Below, one piece after another: positions 47,978 through 58,933 of a stretch of 64,000 nt of DNA (within the stretch, counting starts at the first letter, position 1; each line of letters opens with the position of its first letter). The translations under genes were made by a program, and so were the position numbers. Source of the DNA: an uncultured Chloroflexia bacterium. Lineage in GTDB: Bacteria; Chloroflexota; UBA6077; JACCZL01. The notes under the pieces were generated by a model. The model did no database searches, had not been told where the DNA came from, and saw only the letters and a list, made by a program, of their open reading frames with translations. The stretch is from the NCBI GenBank assembly GCA_963765765.1, contig CAVXYC010000019.1:64001-128000 (forward strand). The letters are read 5' to 3'.

Positions 47978-49670
47978 CTAGCCGCCTCCAGCCGGCCTGG
48001 CTCCACCACCTCCGGCGTTCCCGCCGCCTGCATTTCCGCCGGCGGGCGCGTTGCCTCCGCCCGGCGCACCGCCACCGCCGGGCCGCGCTCCGCCTGGACC
48101 GGGGAACAATCCACCGCCGGTTGTCCCGTCGGTTGAGCACCGGTTGGCCGGCGCCGCTTCGACCCGTTACTACGACATCGCCGGGCTGCAGGCCGCTCAC
48201 AACCTCAGTGTTGCGCCCGGGCGTTGTTCAATCTGGCCAGCGCCGATTGTCGCGCGGCGACCGCCGCTTCACGGCTGTTGTAGGCCGTATTGAGCGTGCC
48301 CTGGTTTTTGGCGATGCTCTCGTCCAAACCAGATTGCGCGCTATCGAGATCGCTTTGAGCCTTGACAATTGCGGCTTGCTGCTGTGTTTTCGTGTTCTTG
48401 ACTGATGCAAGCGTGGCATCCAGTTTGGACTTGGCTGTCTGGACCTGAGCTTCTGCTGTCTGGAGATTGCCGGCGTATTTCGCCTGGTTACTGCTCAATG
48501 CGGCCTGGGCTGTGCTCAGGGTTCCCTGTGCCGTGTTGACAGAGGTGCGAGCCGTAGCAATGGCCGTTTCACCCTGAATCCGTGTGACGTTGGCCTGGTC
48601 CTGCGCCGATTTCACGGCGATCTGGGCTGAATCAGACTGACGCTTGGCCACGCTGCAAGATGAAGCGGATGACGAAGAAGACGAATTCGATGTCGACGAC
48701 TTGTCGCAAGCGTTGCTCCTCTGAGCTTCCTGAACTCGTTGATCTGCTTTTGCAGCGTCGATCTGACGTTTTGCTACATCTTGATCGGCGGCAGCCTTCT
48801 TCTGGGCATTGTCGAGCGCAATGTGGGCATTCCGGAGCGCTGTCTCCGCATTCGCCACAGCTACTCGATCACCTGTGGTATCGCGATCGATTTGTGTCCG
48901 AACTACCGCTAGATTCTTCTCGGCGGCGTCAACTGCCTGCCGATCGCTTGCTTCGCCGGCTGCCGCCGCGGCGACGGCTGTATCAGCCTGAGCCTTAACA
49001 CTCTCCAGCGCTTTGCGCGCCGTGTCCAGGCTCACCTGAAGTGCAGCATTGGATGTATCGAATTGCGCCTCGGCATTCTCGACAACTTTGTCGGCGTTGG
49101 CCAGCGTTGTATCGGCCGAAGAAACGGATGCTTGTGCCACTTCGACCGACTGTGTCGCCGATGCTTGAGCGGCACCGAGACCGCGCTGCGCAGATGCCAG
49201 CGCCGAAGCAGCCGCGGCGACCTGGGCTTGCGCCACACAACGTCTTCCGCCGTGGCGCCCGCGGCCGCCTTGTCATAGTTTGCGCTGGTCTGGGCAAGGT
49301 TCGCTTGTGCTTGCGCCCGTTGGGCTTCCAGGTCGGCTGTGTCCAGTCGAGCGAGAACCTGCCCCGCTTCCACGCGGTCGCCCACTGAGACATCCACTTC
49401 TGCGAGCCTACCCGCGCTTTTGAAGTTAAGAGGAAGCGTGCTGGGAGCCGAGATGGGGCCCGTTGCCTCAACCGATTGAACGATCTTGCCGCGTTGGGCT
49501 GTGGCCGTCTGGTAGCTCACGGCAGCTTGCCGAGTCCCAACCCAGCCCTGCATGTACGCCACGGTAGCCGTGACACCAATTGCGACGATCGCGAGTAGAA
49601 ACCAGATCCATCGAGGTGGGAGGTGACTCGGGTGCCAGGTGGTGGTCCAGGTGGAATGCGCGTGTGCCAT
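47978..49670 (-). pseudogene. Efflux periplasmic-adaptor (HlyD/MacA-like) protein with internal deletion and frameshifts
   Basis: TM helix, lipoyl half (GRLAEVDVSVGDRVEAGQVLARLD) and a long Ala/Gln coiled coil, then an abrupt jump near 48212 to the C-terminal NTEVVSGLQPGDVVVTG and a Gly-rich tail ending in TAG at 47978. Confidence 0.75.
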
Positions 49671-49833
49671 GTCGAGGGAAGCCTCCGAGAACCTCTAACC
49701 CAGGTTGCGCTTTGGGCGCGATCAATTCTTCTCGCCGATACGCTGTGTCTTCAGTGTATGAAGTGAAGATTGAGCGTTCCTGAACGCGTCGTCAGGGTTT
49801 TCTCATCTCGTTAGGGCAGGCCTGAACGTGAAA

Positions 49834-49875
49834 GTGCCCCGGAGTGCCGCGCGTTGGCGCGGCACTCCGGGGCAC
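49834..49875 (-). terminator. Intrinsic terminator (perfect 19-bp stem)
   Basis: GTGCCCCGGAGTGCCGCGC-GTTG-GCGCGGCACTCCGGGGCAC; TTT follows on the minus strand. Confidence 0.75.
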
Positions 49876-49899
49876 CCTCTTACCCAGCTTCGTCGCCTC

Positions 49900-50379
49900 T
49901 TAGACAGCCAGGAGCCGATCGAAGAACGAGCGATATCGGCGTAAAGCCAGGCGGAGCTCCTCCGTGGAGACATCTTCACCTTGCTGCCACTGTCGCTGTA
50001 ACCCGGAGCGCTCTTCCGAAAACGCCTCGGCGAGGTTTTTTATCACCTCGGCAACGAGGCCGTCGGCGCTCTCCACGGCACGCCGCGGATCGTCAACGAA
50101 TCCAGCCTGGACGTCTGTCCAACGGCTATGGAAGAACTCGGCGTCCGCCGCGTTGAACAGTGGAGCACTCCGCTCCCCGCCTTGTTCGGCTTCTCGGTCA
50201 TCCACCTGAGAACTGGTCCTTCGATTTACCTCGGGCTCGTGAAATTCTTCAGCCGGCGGATTGGGCCGTGCGTCGGTAGATGTCGGTGCGGGCATCGGCT
50301 CTGTTGTTTCCCGAGCTCTCGTAGTCGTGCCCTGCGCGATGTCCGCGGTTGTCAGATGCTGATCGCTGCCACTATTCAT
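49900..50379 (-). CDS. Conserved hypothetical protein (FVDDP motif), cytoplasmic
   Basis: RWTDVQAGFVDDPRRAVESADGLVAEV..TEELRLALRRYRSFFDRLL; ATGA overlap with the upstream paralog. Confidence 0.75.
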   Translation of the reverse strand: MNSGSDQHLTTADIAQGTTTRARETTEPMPAPTSTDARPNPPAEEFHEPEVNRRTSSQVDDREAEQGGERSAPLFNAADAEFFHSRWTDVQAGFVDDPRRAVESADGLVAEVIKNLAEAFSEERSGLQRQWQQGEDVSTEELRLALRRYRSFFDRLLAV

Positions 50380-50954
50380 CGTCGTACCTCCGACCGAGCT
50401 GCCGACTCGGCATGTGTCTGAGTCTCAGTTTCAAGCAGGTCCTCGAACAGCGCCCGGTAGTGCGTGAACGCGGTTCGAAGCTCTTCGGTATTGGCATCTC
50501 GATCGAGGTTACGAAGTGCAATATCGTGAGCTGCCCGGTAATGCTCCACGACGCCTGGGTGGTCTACAGAGATGTCTTCCGTTCGTTGCTCGAAGTCACC
50601 CATTGGATATCCGCGGAGCTGCATCACCTCGCCAACCAGGTCATCGGCCTCGCGGGTTGCGGCCACAGGGTCGTCCACGAACCGAGCCTGCGTTGTGCGC
50701 CAGCGGCTGGCGAACTGGTCGCGCTCTGACTCGGAGAGTGGACGGATATTGAGCTGCTCCACTCGCCGGGAGCGGGCTTCAAGCGCTTCCTCAGCTCGCT
50801 TTCGATCACCTTCAGAGCGAACCGTGTGGGAATATTCGGGCCCAAATTGCTCTTGAAGTCGATCTGATCGGCGCTTCTGATTGAAGAGCCAGATCGCAAT
50901 GGCTCCGACGACTATGAGAGCTATGACCAACCCCACGACCAACGCATTGTCCAT
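50376..50954 (-). CDS. Conserved hypothetical membrane-anchored protein (FVDDP motif)
   Basis: N-terminal TM helix; FGPEY..RWRTTQARFVDDP..RGYP..TEELRTAFTHYRALFEDLL; RBS GAAAGGGA. Confidence 0.8.
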   Translation of the reverse strand: MDNALVVGLVIALIVVGAIAIWLFNQKRRSDRLQEQFGPEYSHTVRSEGDRKRAEEALEARSRRVEQLNIRPLSESERDQFASRWRTTQARFVDDPVAATREADDLVGEVMQLRGYPMGDFEQRTEDISVDHPGVVEHYRAAHDIALRNLDRDANTEELRTAFTHYRALFEDLLETETQTHAESAARSEVRR

Positions 50955-51069
50955 ATGTTCGAATTCCCTTTCTCAATCCCCGCAATCCCTGCAACGTGCC
51001 TGAGAGAGCGATAACAATGACTGACGCTGAAGGCGTCTTCTCCGATGGTGCACGCGCCACTGATGGATA

Positions 51070-51085
51070 AGCAGGGCGCGTGCCG
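51070..51085 (-). promoter_or_regulatory. Putative sigma54 -24/-12 promoter of the FVDDP operon
   Basis: Minus strand CGGCACGCGCCCTGCT: GG-N10-GC spacing with a GGCACG core. Confidence 0.5.
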
Positions 51086-51356
51086 TACGGTGCACAGGTT
51101 CTTGCGTTGTAGGCTGCTTTCTAATTGACAGAGCTCCGTACTTCACCCACCATTGGGTAGTGCAAGGGCACACGCTCCGCACATACCGGAGTGACCATCG
51201 ATGTGGCGCCGCAAGGTTTCGCGCCGAGGCCCGGCTGTGGTTTTGGCAAGCAGCGTGAGTGCACCTCGGCCTCTCCACCGGCATCTGAAGTTGCAGTGGC
51301 AACTCAACGGGTTGGTCGATGCGGACGCTACATATTCTGACGACAGGAGTTGGTCC

Positions 51357-52558
51357 ATGCTCTCTCGCGAAGCTAACGAAAGATTGACGCGAGTTGGAAC
51401 CGGCACTCCCATGGGCAACCTCATGCGGCGTTACTGGCATCCTGTCGCCACTCTCACCGACCTGATAAAAGAGCCGGTGCTAGCAGTCAAGATTCTTAGC
51501 GAGAACCTCGTGCTCTATCGGTCGCCGAATGGTGAGCTGGGACTCATGGCGGAGCGCTGTCCACATCGTGGCGCGACCATGGCGTACGGTATTCGCGAGG
51601 ATAGCGGCTTCCGCTGCCCGTACCATGGTTGGAAATTCTCTAATGAAGGGACCTGCCTGGAGCAGCCGGCTGAGCCGGAGAACAGCACCTTCAAACACCG
51701 AGTACGTGCGCCGGCATATCCCGTCCAGGAGATGGGCGGCTTGATATGGGCGTATCTTGGTCCCGCGCCGGCGCCGGAGCTGCCGCGCTACGATCTCTTC
51801 GTCCGCGATGATCTGAATCGGGAGACCGGAATCACCATTCTGCCATGTAACTGGCTCCAGGCCATGGAGAATTCACTGGATCCCATCCATCTGGAGTGGC
51901 TGCATCTCACGTACAAGAATTACGTTTCTCGTCGCCTGGGGCGGCCGGAGACAGCCAAGCCGCGGAGACACGCGCGTATTGCCTTTGACTCATTCGAGCT
52001 CGGTATCAAGAAGTGACGACTCTGGAGGGCGAGGATGAGGAGTCGGACGATTGGCAGATCGGCCATCCGATTCTCTTCCCAAACATCCTCTCGGTTGGTG
52101 CGCCACCCGTAAGCATTCCGCAGTTCCAGATTCGCGTGCCAATGGACGATACGTCAACCCTACACTTCTGGTACTACACCCGCGCTCGACAGTCCGACGA
52201 CGAAGCTCAGATTGAGATCCCTCAGTTCGAGATGCCATACGCTGACGAGAACGGCCGCTTTCTGGTAGAGACCGTGAGTGGCCAAGACATGATGGTCTGG
52301 ATCACTCAGGGCGCCATCTCTGATCGGACAACCGAGCGCCTTGGCTGGTCGGACAAGGGCATCATCCTTTATCGCAGCATGCTCATGGAGCAGATGGAGA
52401 GAGTGGCTCGAGGGGACGATCCGCTCGGCGTTATTCGTGACCCCGCCGTTAATGTCCCGATGCTAGAGATTCCTCGTGAGCGACGCGTCAATCACACATC
52501 CCGAGTTCCGGGGGAAGTGCTTGCGCTGAAGGCGGATGGAGGCGTGACGCGGGTATAG
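51357..52558 (+). CDS. Rieske non-heme iron oxygenase alpha subunit (phthalate 4,5-dioxygenase-like), frameshift near 52013
   Basis: RVG.GTPMG.LMRRYW.P, CPHRG..CPYHGW, NWLQAMENSLDPIH..LH, QD, DRT.ERLG.SD.G. Confidence 0.9.
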
Positions 52559-52640
52559 CCAATACGGTTTGGCTTGGCGCCAGTGACCGGTGGAACAGGC
52601 AGAGACGCCAGTAAAGTTTAGTTAAGCTGCGGACGCCCCG

Positions 52641-52714
52641 GTGGGACAGTTGTCTCGACTGTCCCGCCCGAACTCCCAAGCGGGCCCACAGGACAGTCGA
52701 GACGACTGTCCCGC
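52641..52714. repeat. REP-like inverted pair between convergent genes
   Basis: GTGGGACAGTTGTCTCGACTGTCC and GGACAGTCGAGACGACTGTCCCGC; each is a hairpin and they are mutually inverted. Confidence 0.8.
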
Positions 52715-52795
52715 CGGCACTGATCTCAGTCCTGCTCCTTAACTAAACTGTATTGGTCAGAGACCCGTGTCATACCGGTCGCAAGTGAATGCCTG

Positions 52796-53575
52796 CTACT
52801 TGAGGCGGTGGTTGTTCTGCTGTGAGTCGGGAACCAGTGCGTCGAACGTGTCAGATTGCAAGTCCTCGAGCGTTGCGACGGTAATATCGGCACGAAGCGT
52901 CTCGAAATCAGGGCCGACGCCAATGGTGCGCATGCTGGACGCGCGCCCGGCCTCCAGACCGGGCGGTGCGTCATCAACGGTGATGCACAGTCGCGGTTCT
53001 ACACCCAGCAAAGACGCGGCCCGTAGCAACGGTTCTGGATCGGGCTTTCCTTTCTGCACGTCTTCGGCGCAGACGAGAGCCGTGAAGTACGCTTCTAAAC
53101 CGACGGACGTAAGCATCGTATGCATATTCTCACGCGGTCCTGAGGTGGCAATCCCCTGTTTCCAGCTCGCGGCCTGGAGGTGTTCGAGCCAGGTGACAAC
53201 GCCGGGCATTGGACGTAGGCCGACCTTACTGAGCCGTTCGCGAAATCGGGCTTCCTTGCGCAACTCGACTTCAGCCAGCTCCTGCATCGTGTGACAGGAG
53301 CCAAGCAGCACCTGAAGTGCGTCGGCCATTTTCTTACCGTTGACCAGCCGGAAATCTTCACGGGTCATCGTGAAACCATGCTCGGCCATCGTGACTTGCC
53401 ACGCGTAGATGTGCGCCTCCAGCGAGTCAACGAGCGTTCCATCGAGATCCCAGATTACCGCGCGGCCGTTCGTCGTTATGCCAGGGTCCTGTGTGTCCGC
53501 ATTCCCATTCAAAACCACGCGCTCCGTGATGAATGGTTGGCGACCATATTCCATTAGCGTGAGCCGGACCGGCAA
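52796..53575 (-). CDS. HAD-superfamily phosphatase (beta-PGM-like); start uncertain
   Basis: WDLDGTLVDS, ATS, GKPDPE, VDDAPPG. Confidence 0.88.
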   Translation of the reverse strand: MPVRLTLMEYGRQPFITERVVLNGNADTQDPGITTNGRAVIWDLDGTLVDSLEAHIYAWQVTMAEHGFTMTREDFRLVNGKKMADALQVLLGSCHTMQELAEVELRKEARFRERLSKVGLRPMPGVVTWLEHLQAASWKQGIATSGPRENMHTMLTSVGLEAYFTALVCAEDVQKGKPDPEPLLRAASLLGVEPRLCITVDDAPPGLEAGRASSMRTIGVGPDFETLRADITVATLEDLQSDTFDALVPDSQQNNHRLK

Positions 53576-53614
53576 GTGCGCTTCCGCGGGCGGATGGCAT
53601 CAACCGATATGCAA

Positions 53615-53640
53615 AGAGGGGCTGCCGTAGCAGCCCCTCT
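53615..53640 (-). terminator. Intrinsic terminator
   Basis: AGAGGGGCTGC-CGTA-GCAGCCCCTCT; short T run on the minus strand, downstream of the YsnF-like gene. Confidence 0.65.
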
Positions 53641-53664
53641 CAAATGCGGATCTCTTCGTCAAAC

Positions 53665-54972
53665 TCAGCGACGACTGCCGCGCGTGCGCGCTTCCTCCCA
53701 TGATTCGCGCACGTTATTCCGAATGCGGTCCCACGCATTGCCTTCAGAGACGTAGCCATTCCGGCTGGACCAATCTGAGTAGCCGCGCTGGAATTCGGGC
53801 TCGACTTCATTCCAGTCGCGATCACGGAAGCGCGGGTCATTTGCCATCTCGTGGCTATAGCGGTAGCCCGGCTCGTAGTCCTGCCAGCGGCCGCCGCTCG
53901 AACCGTAGCGCTCCTGCCAGCGCTGTTGATACTGGGGCATCGCTTCGTCCCAGCCCATCGAGCCGGACTTGTTGACATTCACATCGCCCATGCCTTTGGT
54001 GTGTGCAACTTCCTTGTGGACGTCGGCCTCAATCCGCTCGGTGTCCTGGACGGCGCGCTTCTCGAGGCCGACTTCCTCGTAGACCACAGTGCGCTTCTCG
54101 GGCACCACGTCCTCTTGGGTGAGCTCCACCTCGACCTCCTCGTCGCCCCGTATCGGCTCATTAGTGGTACGCCGGTCCACGGGTCGCCGGGTGACCACTG
54201 CCTCCTCATCGGTTACCGGCACGTCGACTGCTTTGTGCTCGACGACCACGTCCTTCTCAATCTCGGCCTTACCGGTCTCGCGCTCCTTGCGGGCGACGAG
54301 CTCCTCTTCCTTGAGCTCCAGGGTGTCGCGGTCGGTCCGCCGGCTGGCAGCCACGTCGCGATCGGTGACGTCCGCGCGGCCGTCGCTGGCGGGCGGTCGT
54401 GGCGGAGGTGGTCGCGGCGCGGGCGTGCCGGTGTCGGTCACCGATGTGCTGGGCATCGTGCCCGTGGTGCCGCGATTCTCAATGTCATAGGCACCATGGT
54501 CTTGCAGTATGCGACGCGCCTCGTCGTATCGGCCGTCGGCCTTCACTGTCACCAGCGTTCGTCCACTCTCGAACTCCTCGTTGTAGTATTTGGCCTCGTC
54601 TTCTGGGATGCCCATCTCGGCCAGAGCGCCAATAAGCCCGCCAGCCGCCGCTCCTGCCGCTGCGCCTCCCAGGACTCCGGCGAGAAGTCCGCCTGCTAGG
54701 ACTGGACCGATGCCCGGAATCAGACCGGCTGCGAGCGCACCGAGAACGCCGCCAACGACGCCTCCTGTGAGGGCGCCCGTTGCAGCGCCTCCTCCTGCAT
54801 CCCCCGCGTCACTTTCCGATCGAATGGTTCCCTCACCTTTATCTCGATCGCGGACCGCAATTCCTATCTGATCGTCGTGAAAACCGCTGTCGCTTGAGAG
54901 CATCAATGGCACGTTCTCCATCATGCCTCTCGTTGAATACACCAACTACTGTCGACCGCGTAGAATTGCCAT
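53665..54972 (-). CDS. General-stress protein: YflT-like N-domain with glycine zipper plus YsnF/AvaK (DUF2382) domain; N-terminal frameshifts
   Basis: STVVGVF..AIDALK / GF.DDQIG, GG..G zipper, GIPEDEAKYY..G.TLVTV, LELKEEEL.ARKER..KDVVVE..VPV.EE..EEV. ATG at 54972 with RBS. Confidence 0.8.
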
Positions 54973-55070
54973 GCTAACCCTTTCCAGATCAGGGGGTAGA
55001 TCAACTGACGACCCCCGTGTGATTGTCTAGGCCGCGCCAGATGTGATTTGCGACCCAAACGCTCGCTCGA

Positions 55071-55087
55071 TGCAGGATCCATACCAG
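55071..55087 (-). promoter_or_regulatory. Putative sigma54 promoter of the YsnF-like gene
   Basis: Minus strand CTGGTATGGATCCTGCA: GG-N10-GC. Confidence 0.55.
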
Positions 55088-55092
55088 CCCAA

Positions 55093-55132
55093 TGGCAATG
55101 GCGCGCGACCAGTGGCAAATGGCGCGCGACCA
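55093..55132. repeat. Tandem direct repeat between divergent sigma54-like promoters
   Basis: TGGCAATGGCGCGCGACCA and TGGCAAATGGCGCGCGACCA. Confidence 0.75.
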
Positions 55133-55173
55133 GGCGAAGTGCCGAACGGCCAGAACTTGCGAGTCAAAAATAC

Positions 55174-55189
55174 TGGCACCGCACTTGCA
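55174..55189 (+). promoter_or_regulatory. Sigma54 -24/-12 promoter (consensus match)
   Basis: TGGCAC-CGCAC-TTGCA, 43 bp before ATG 55233. Confidence 0.7.
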
Positions 55190-55232
55190 TCTGTAGGCAC
55201 GAAACTCGCCGCGAAAAGCACAGGAGGCACGC

Positions 55233-56067
55233 ATGCAGACAACCGGCGCGACGGTCACCAGTTGGGGTGAAGCCGTCATGACCTCAATGGTGGCCGCACT
55301 GGCCGTTTTCCTGGCCACGATCCCCCGCGTAATCGGATTCCTACGTGATTCTGATCATCGGCTGGGTTATTGCAGGCCTTATCGCGAGCGCGGTGGCCGC
55401 GCTGCTCCGCACGGTAAAGTTCAATGACCTCGCGCAGCGGTCAGGGTTCACCGGGTTCGTCCGGAATATGGGCATCACAACCGACGCTTCCGGGACAATG
55501 GCCAACATTGCAAAGTGGTTCGTTCGGCTCATCGTTCTGGTAGTCGCCTTCGATGCCCTGGGCTTGCCCGCGGTCTCCCAGGTGCTCCAGCAGTTCCTCG
55601 CCTGGATTCCGAATCTCGTTGTCGCGATGGTCGTTCTGATCATCGGGGGCCTCGCCGCCAACGCCCTTTCGCGACTTATCCGCGGAGCTACGGCGCAAGC
55701 CGGCTTTAGCAACCCGGATCTCCTGGGCAATATCGCACGTATCGCCGTTTGGTCCTTCACCATTGTCGTCGCGATCAACCAGATTGGCATTGCAACGACG
55801 CTGGTCAATACGCTGTTCATGGGCTTCGTTGGCGCTCTTGCTCTGGCTCTAGGACTGTCGTTCGGTTTGGGTGGACGGGATACCGCTGCCGAGATTGTTC
55901 GGGGCTGGTACGAGAGCGGGCGTGAGGCGGCGCCGCGGATGATGGAAGCCGGCAGCCGTCTGCAGGAGCAAGCGCGATCGGACAGCGGTCGTTCGGCTAT
56001 TCCCCCGACCTACACCAATGAGCGTGATCCGTCACGGTCATCGGGTCGGGTCACTCAGAACGACTAA
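55233..56067 (+). CDS. CmpX-like / MscS TM-helix-repeat membrane protein, frameshift near 55343
   Basis: Repeated F.A.IP.....IL.IG helices, QIGIA..LVN.LF, LSFGLGGRD.A; RBS AGGAGG. Confidence 0.85.
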
Positions 56068-56088
56068 GTACACCACGTGGCGGGTGTG

Positions 56089-56136
56089 AAGATGCCAAGC
56101 GGGGGATGCGATTCGCATCCCCCGTCTTGGCATCTT
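56089..56136 (+). terminator. Intrinsic terminator
   Basis: AAGATGCCAAG-CGGGGGATGCG..CGCATCCCCCG-TCTTGGCATCTT hairpin after the CmpX-like gene. Confidence 0.7.
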
Positions 56137-56343
56137 TAGCGATCTAAGACTACAAGCGTGACCCAGTAGTCGCGCACTGTGTGCGGCTCCTGCCAAACAC
56201 CATCCGGCCCGACAGTCAGTACAATGCATTGTCAGCCTCAACGACGGCAAATATGCCAGCGGGGTAGATTTGCTCACCACCGCCCGCAAGGTAAGCAATC
56301 TCGATTGGAGCTTCTACAAGGAGCTCAAGCAAAGGGGTCGATC

Positions 56344-57656
56344 ATGCTCAATGGCGAAGATAACGAGCTGCTCGCACACGTCGGTCCAGGATCTCCCATG
56401 GGGGAATACTTTCGTCGCTTCTGGATTCCGAGCTGTCTATCGGAAGAGCTACCGGAGGCTGATGGCGCCCCCTTGCGGCTTCGTCTCCTGGCGAGGACTT
56501 GCTGGCATTTCGTGCGACGGACGGCCGCGTTGGCGTCGTTGCGAACAACTGCCCACACCGTGGGGCGTCGCTATTCTTCGGTCGTAATGAAGAGCAAGGC
56601 TTACGTTGCGTCTATCACGGTTGGAAATTCGATATCTCGGGCGCCTGCGTGGACATGCCCAACGAGCCACCTGAGAGCAATTTCAAGGAGAAGGTTCGGG
56701 TCCGGTCATATCCATCTGAGGAGCGTGGCGGTGTTATCTGGGTGTATATGGGACCCGCCGACGAGAAACCCGAGATGCCGGCGCTCGAGTGGAGCACGCT
56801 GCCGCCTGAGCAGGTTTCACTTTCGATGCTTGTCCAGGAATGCAACTGGGCGCAGGCTGTTGAGGGTGGCATCGATTCCAGCCACGTAGGCTTCCTGCAC
56901 GGAAAGCTGGGTCGCTCCTTCGCGCAGATTCCGAGAGGCACGGGCCGATACTACTCACAGAAGGACAACGCGCCCAGGTTTGAGGTGCTGGATACGGAGT
57001 ATGGATTCGTCATCGGGGCGCGTAGGGAGGCCGAGGACAACAGCTACTACTGGCGAATCAGCCAGTTTCTCGCCCCGTTCTATTCCATGATCCCGCCCTT
57101 TGGCACAGGTGGCAATATAAGCGGTCATGCCTGGGTACCAATGGACGATCACACTGTCATGATGTGGGAGATCGAGTGGAATCCTCTGCGGCCACTGACG
57201 GAAGAAGAGCGAGCGCGCGAGTATGCCAACAAGGGAACCGAGGGACCAGAAGGGATGCTGCCGGCGACTTCACGGCCGGGCGGGCGCTGGTACCCGCGGC
57301 TCAATGCCTCAAACGACTATATGTTGGATTACGAGCTGCAGCGCACGAGCTGGTTCTCGGGTGTGCCCAGCACCCAGATCCAGGACATCGCAATCCAGGA
57401 AAGCATGGGCAAGATCTTCGATAGGACCAAAGAGCACCTTGGAACCTCCGACACGGCGATCATCCATTTCCGTCGCCAATGGCTGAAGGCCGCCCGAGCG
57501 CTTCAAGATTCCGGAACCACGCCACCCGGCGTCAACGCACCGGAGTCCTACGCTGTGCGGTCCGCATCCATGGTGCTGCCTCGCAGTGAATCCTGGACAG
57601 CGGAAGGCCGTAAGGTGTGGCATGTAAGGGAAGGTGTGGCGGTGGCGTCACTGTAA
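56344..57656 (+). CDS. Rieske non-heme iron oxygenase alpha subunit (phthalate 4,5-dioxygenase-like), frameshift near 56491
   Basis: VGPGSPMGEYFRRFWIP, CPHRGASL..CVYHGWKFD, CNWAQAVEGGIDSSHVGFLH, QD.AIQESMG, EHLGTSD. Confidence 0.92.
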
Positions 57657-57667
57657 GGCGAGCAAAG

Positions 57668-57725
57668 AGGACACAAAGAAACGGCAGGGATCTTCATGCT
57701 TGTCCCTGCCGTTTCTTTGTGTCCT
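57668..57725. terminator. Bidirectional terminator (23-bp perfect stem) between convergent genes
   Basis: AGGACACAAAGAAACGGCAGGGA / TCCCTGCCGTTTCTTTGTGTCCT. Confidence 0.75.
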
Positions 57726-57738
57726 TTCTATGCGTTAC

Positions 57739-58933
57739 TTACGGGCGCAGCTCCTTACACATGGCAAGGATGGCCTTGACTGTGTCGGTACCGGTCTCGG
57801 TGCCCCAGATGAAGTACTGGCCGAGGTTTGAGTAGTCTGGCACGCCCTTCGGATCGTTGAGTGGTACGTCCGAGCGGCGGCTATTGCGCGCCGGCGGGTT
57901 GTTGTGGGCCTTGGTCCACGCGGACTGCCCTTCCTGGCTGAGGAACCAGTTCACAAACACCTTAGCGGCATTCGGATGGGGGGCATTCTTGAATATTGCG
58001 ACGCCGCTGGCGGAGACGTTGCCGCCACCATACTCGAGTGGCTCCACGTTCTTGCCAATCCCCTCAGTCTGGAGACGCACCAGCTCCTGGTCTGCTGGCC
58101 CGATGCCGATCGGATAGCGGCCGGTGGCTACCCATTCACTGGTCACGCGAACGGTCTCCTGAAATACCGGCTTCTGGTCCACGAAGAGCTTGCGCACCCA
58201 ATCGGGGCCTTTCGCCTGCCAGAGGCCAATGATGGTGGACGTGCCCTGGGCCGCAACCGTGCAGTCATCCACTACGATCTTGCCCTGATACTTGGGATTC
58301 ATGAGATCGTCGAGCGTGTTTAGCTCACTAGCGGGAATGACATCGCGGTTGATGTAAAGTCCGTTCCGGAGGCTGAAGTCGTGAGACAGAATTTGCGGCT
58401 TCGTTGACGAGCTGAAGGTCGCCCACTTTCCGTTCCGCCATTTACTGTCGTCCATAATGGACGGATCAACGATGTACTCTGGGAGATCCTGGAAGGCGCC
58501 CGCTGGTAGCAGGACCTCGTGCATGTTGCTGGCGCCGGTGGACTCGAAGACGTCCCAGGCGTAGACGCCATTCTGCTGTTCGGAAATGATCTTTGGTGAG
58601 ATGTCGCTGGGGCGCGCTCCGGTGTGCTCGACCTCAATGCCCGGGGTACGCTTCCTTAAACATCTCCATGATCTTCTTGTCGTTCTCACCGGGCATGGAG
58701 ACAATAACAAGCTTTTCCTTCTTGGCCGCTTCAACTGTCTGCTGAAAGGCCGTTTGCCAGTCTCCCCCTGAGCCGCCCGCCGCGGGCTTTGCCACATCGG
58801 CTGGCTTGGCGGCTTCAGCGGGTTTGGCAGCTTCGGCTGGTTTGGCGGCTTGCGCTGGAGCCGAAGTTGGCGCGGCCGACGGCGCCGGCCCGCAGGCCGC
58901 CACAAACATGGCAACCGCAGGCACCCAGCTCAT
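57739..58933 (-). CDS. ABC substrate-binding lipoprotein (FbpA/AfuA-like fold), frameshift near 58645
   Basis: VAAC lipobox, KPAEAA repeats, W..TVEAAKKEK, YPGIEVE, APHPNAAKVFVNWFLSQEGQ. Confidence 0.85.
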
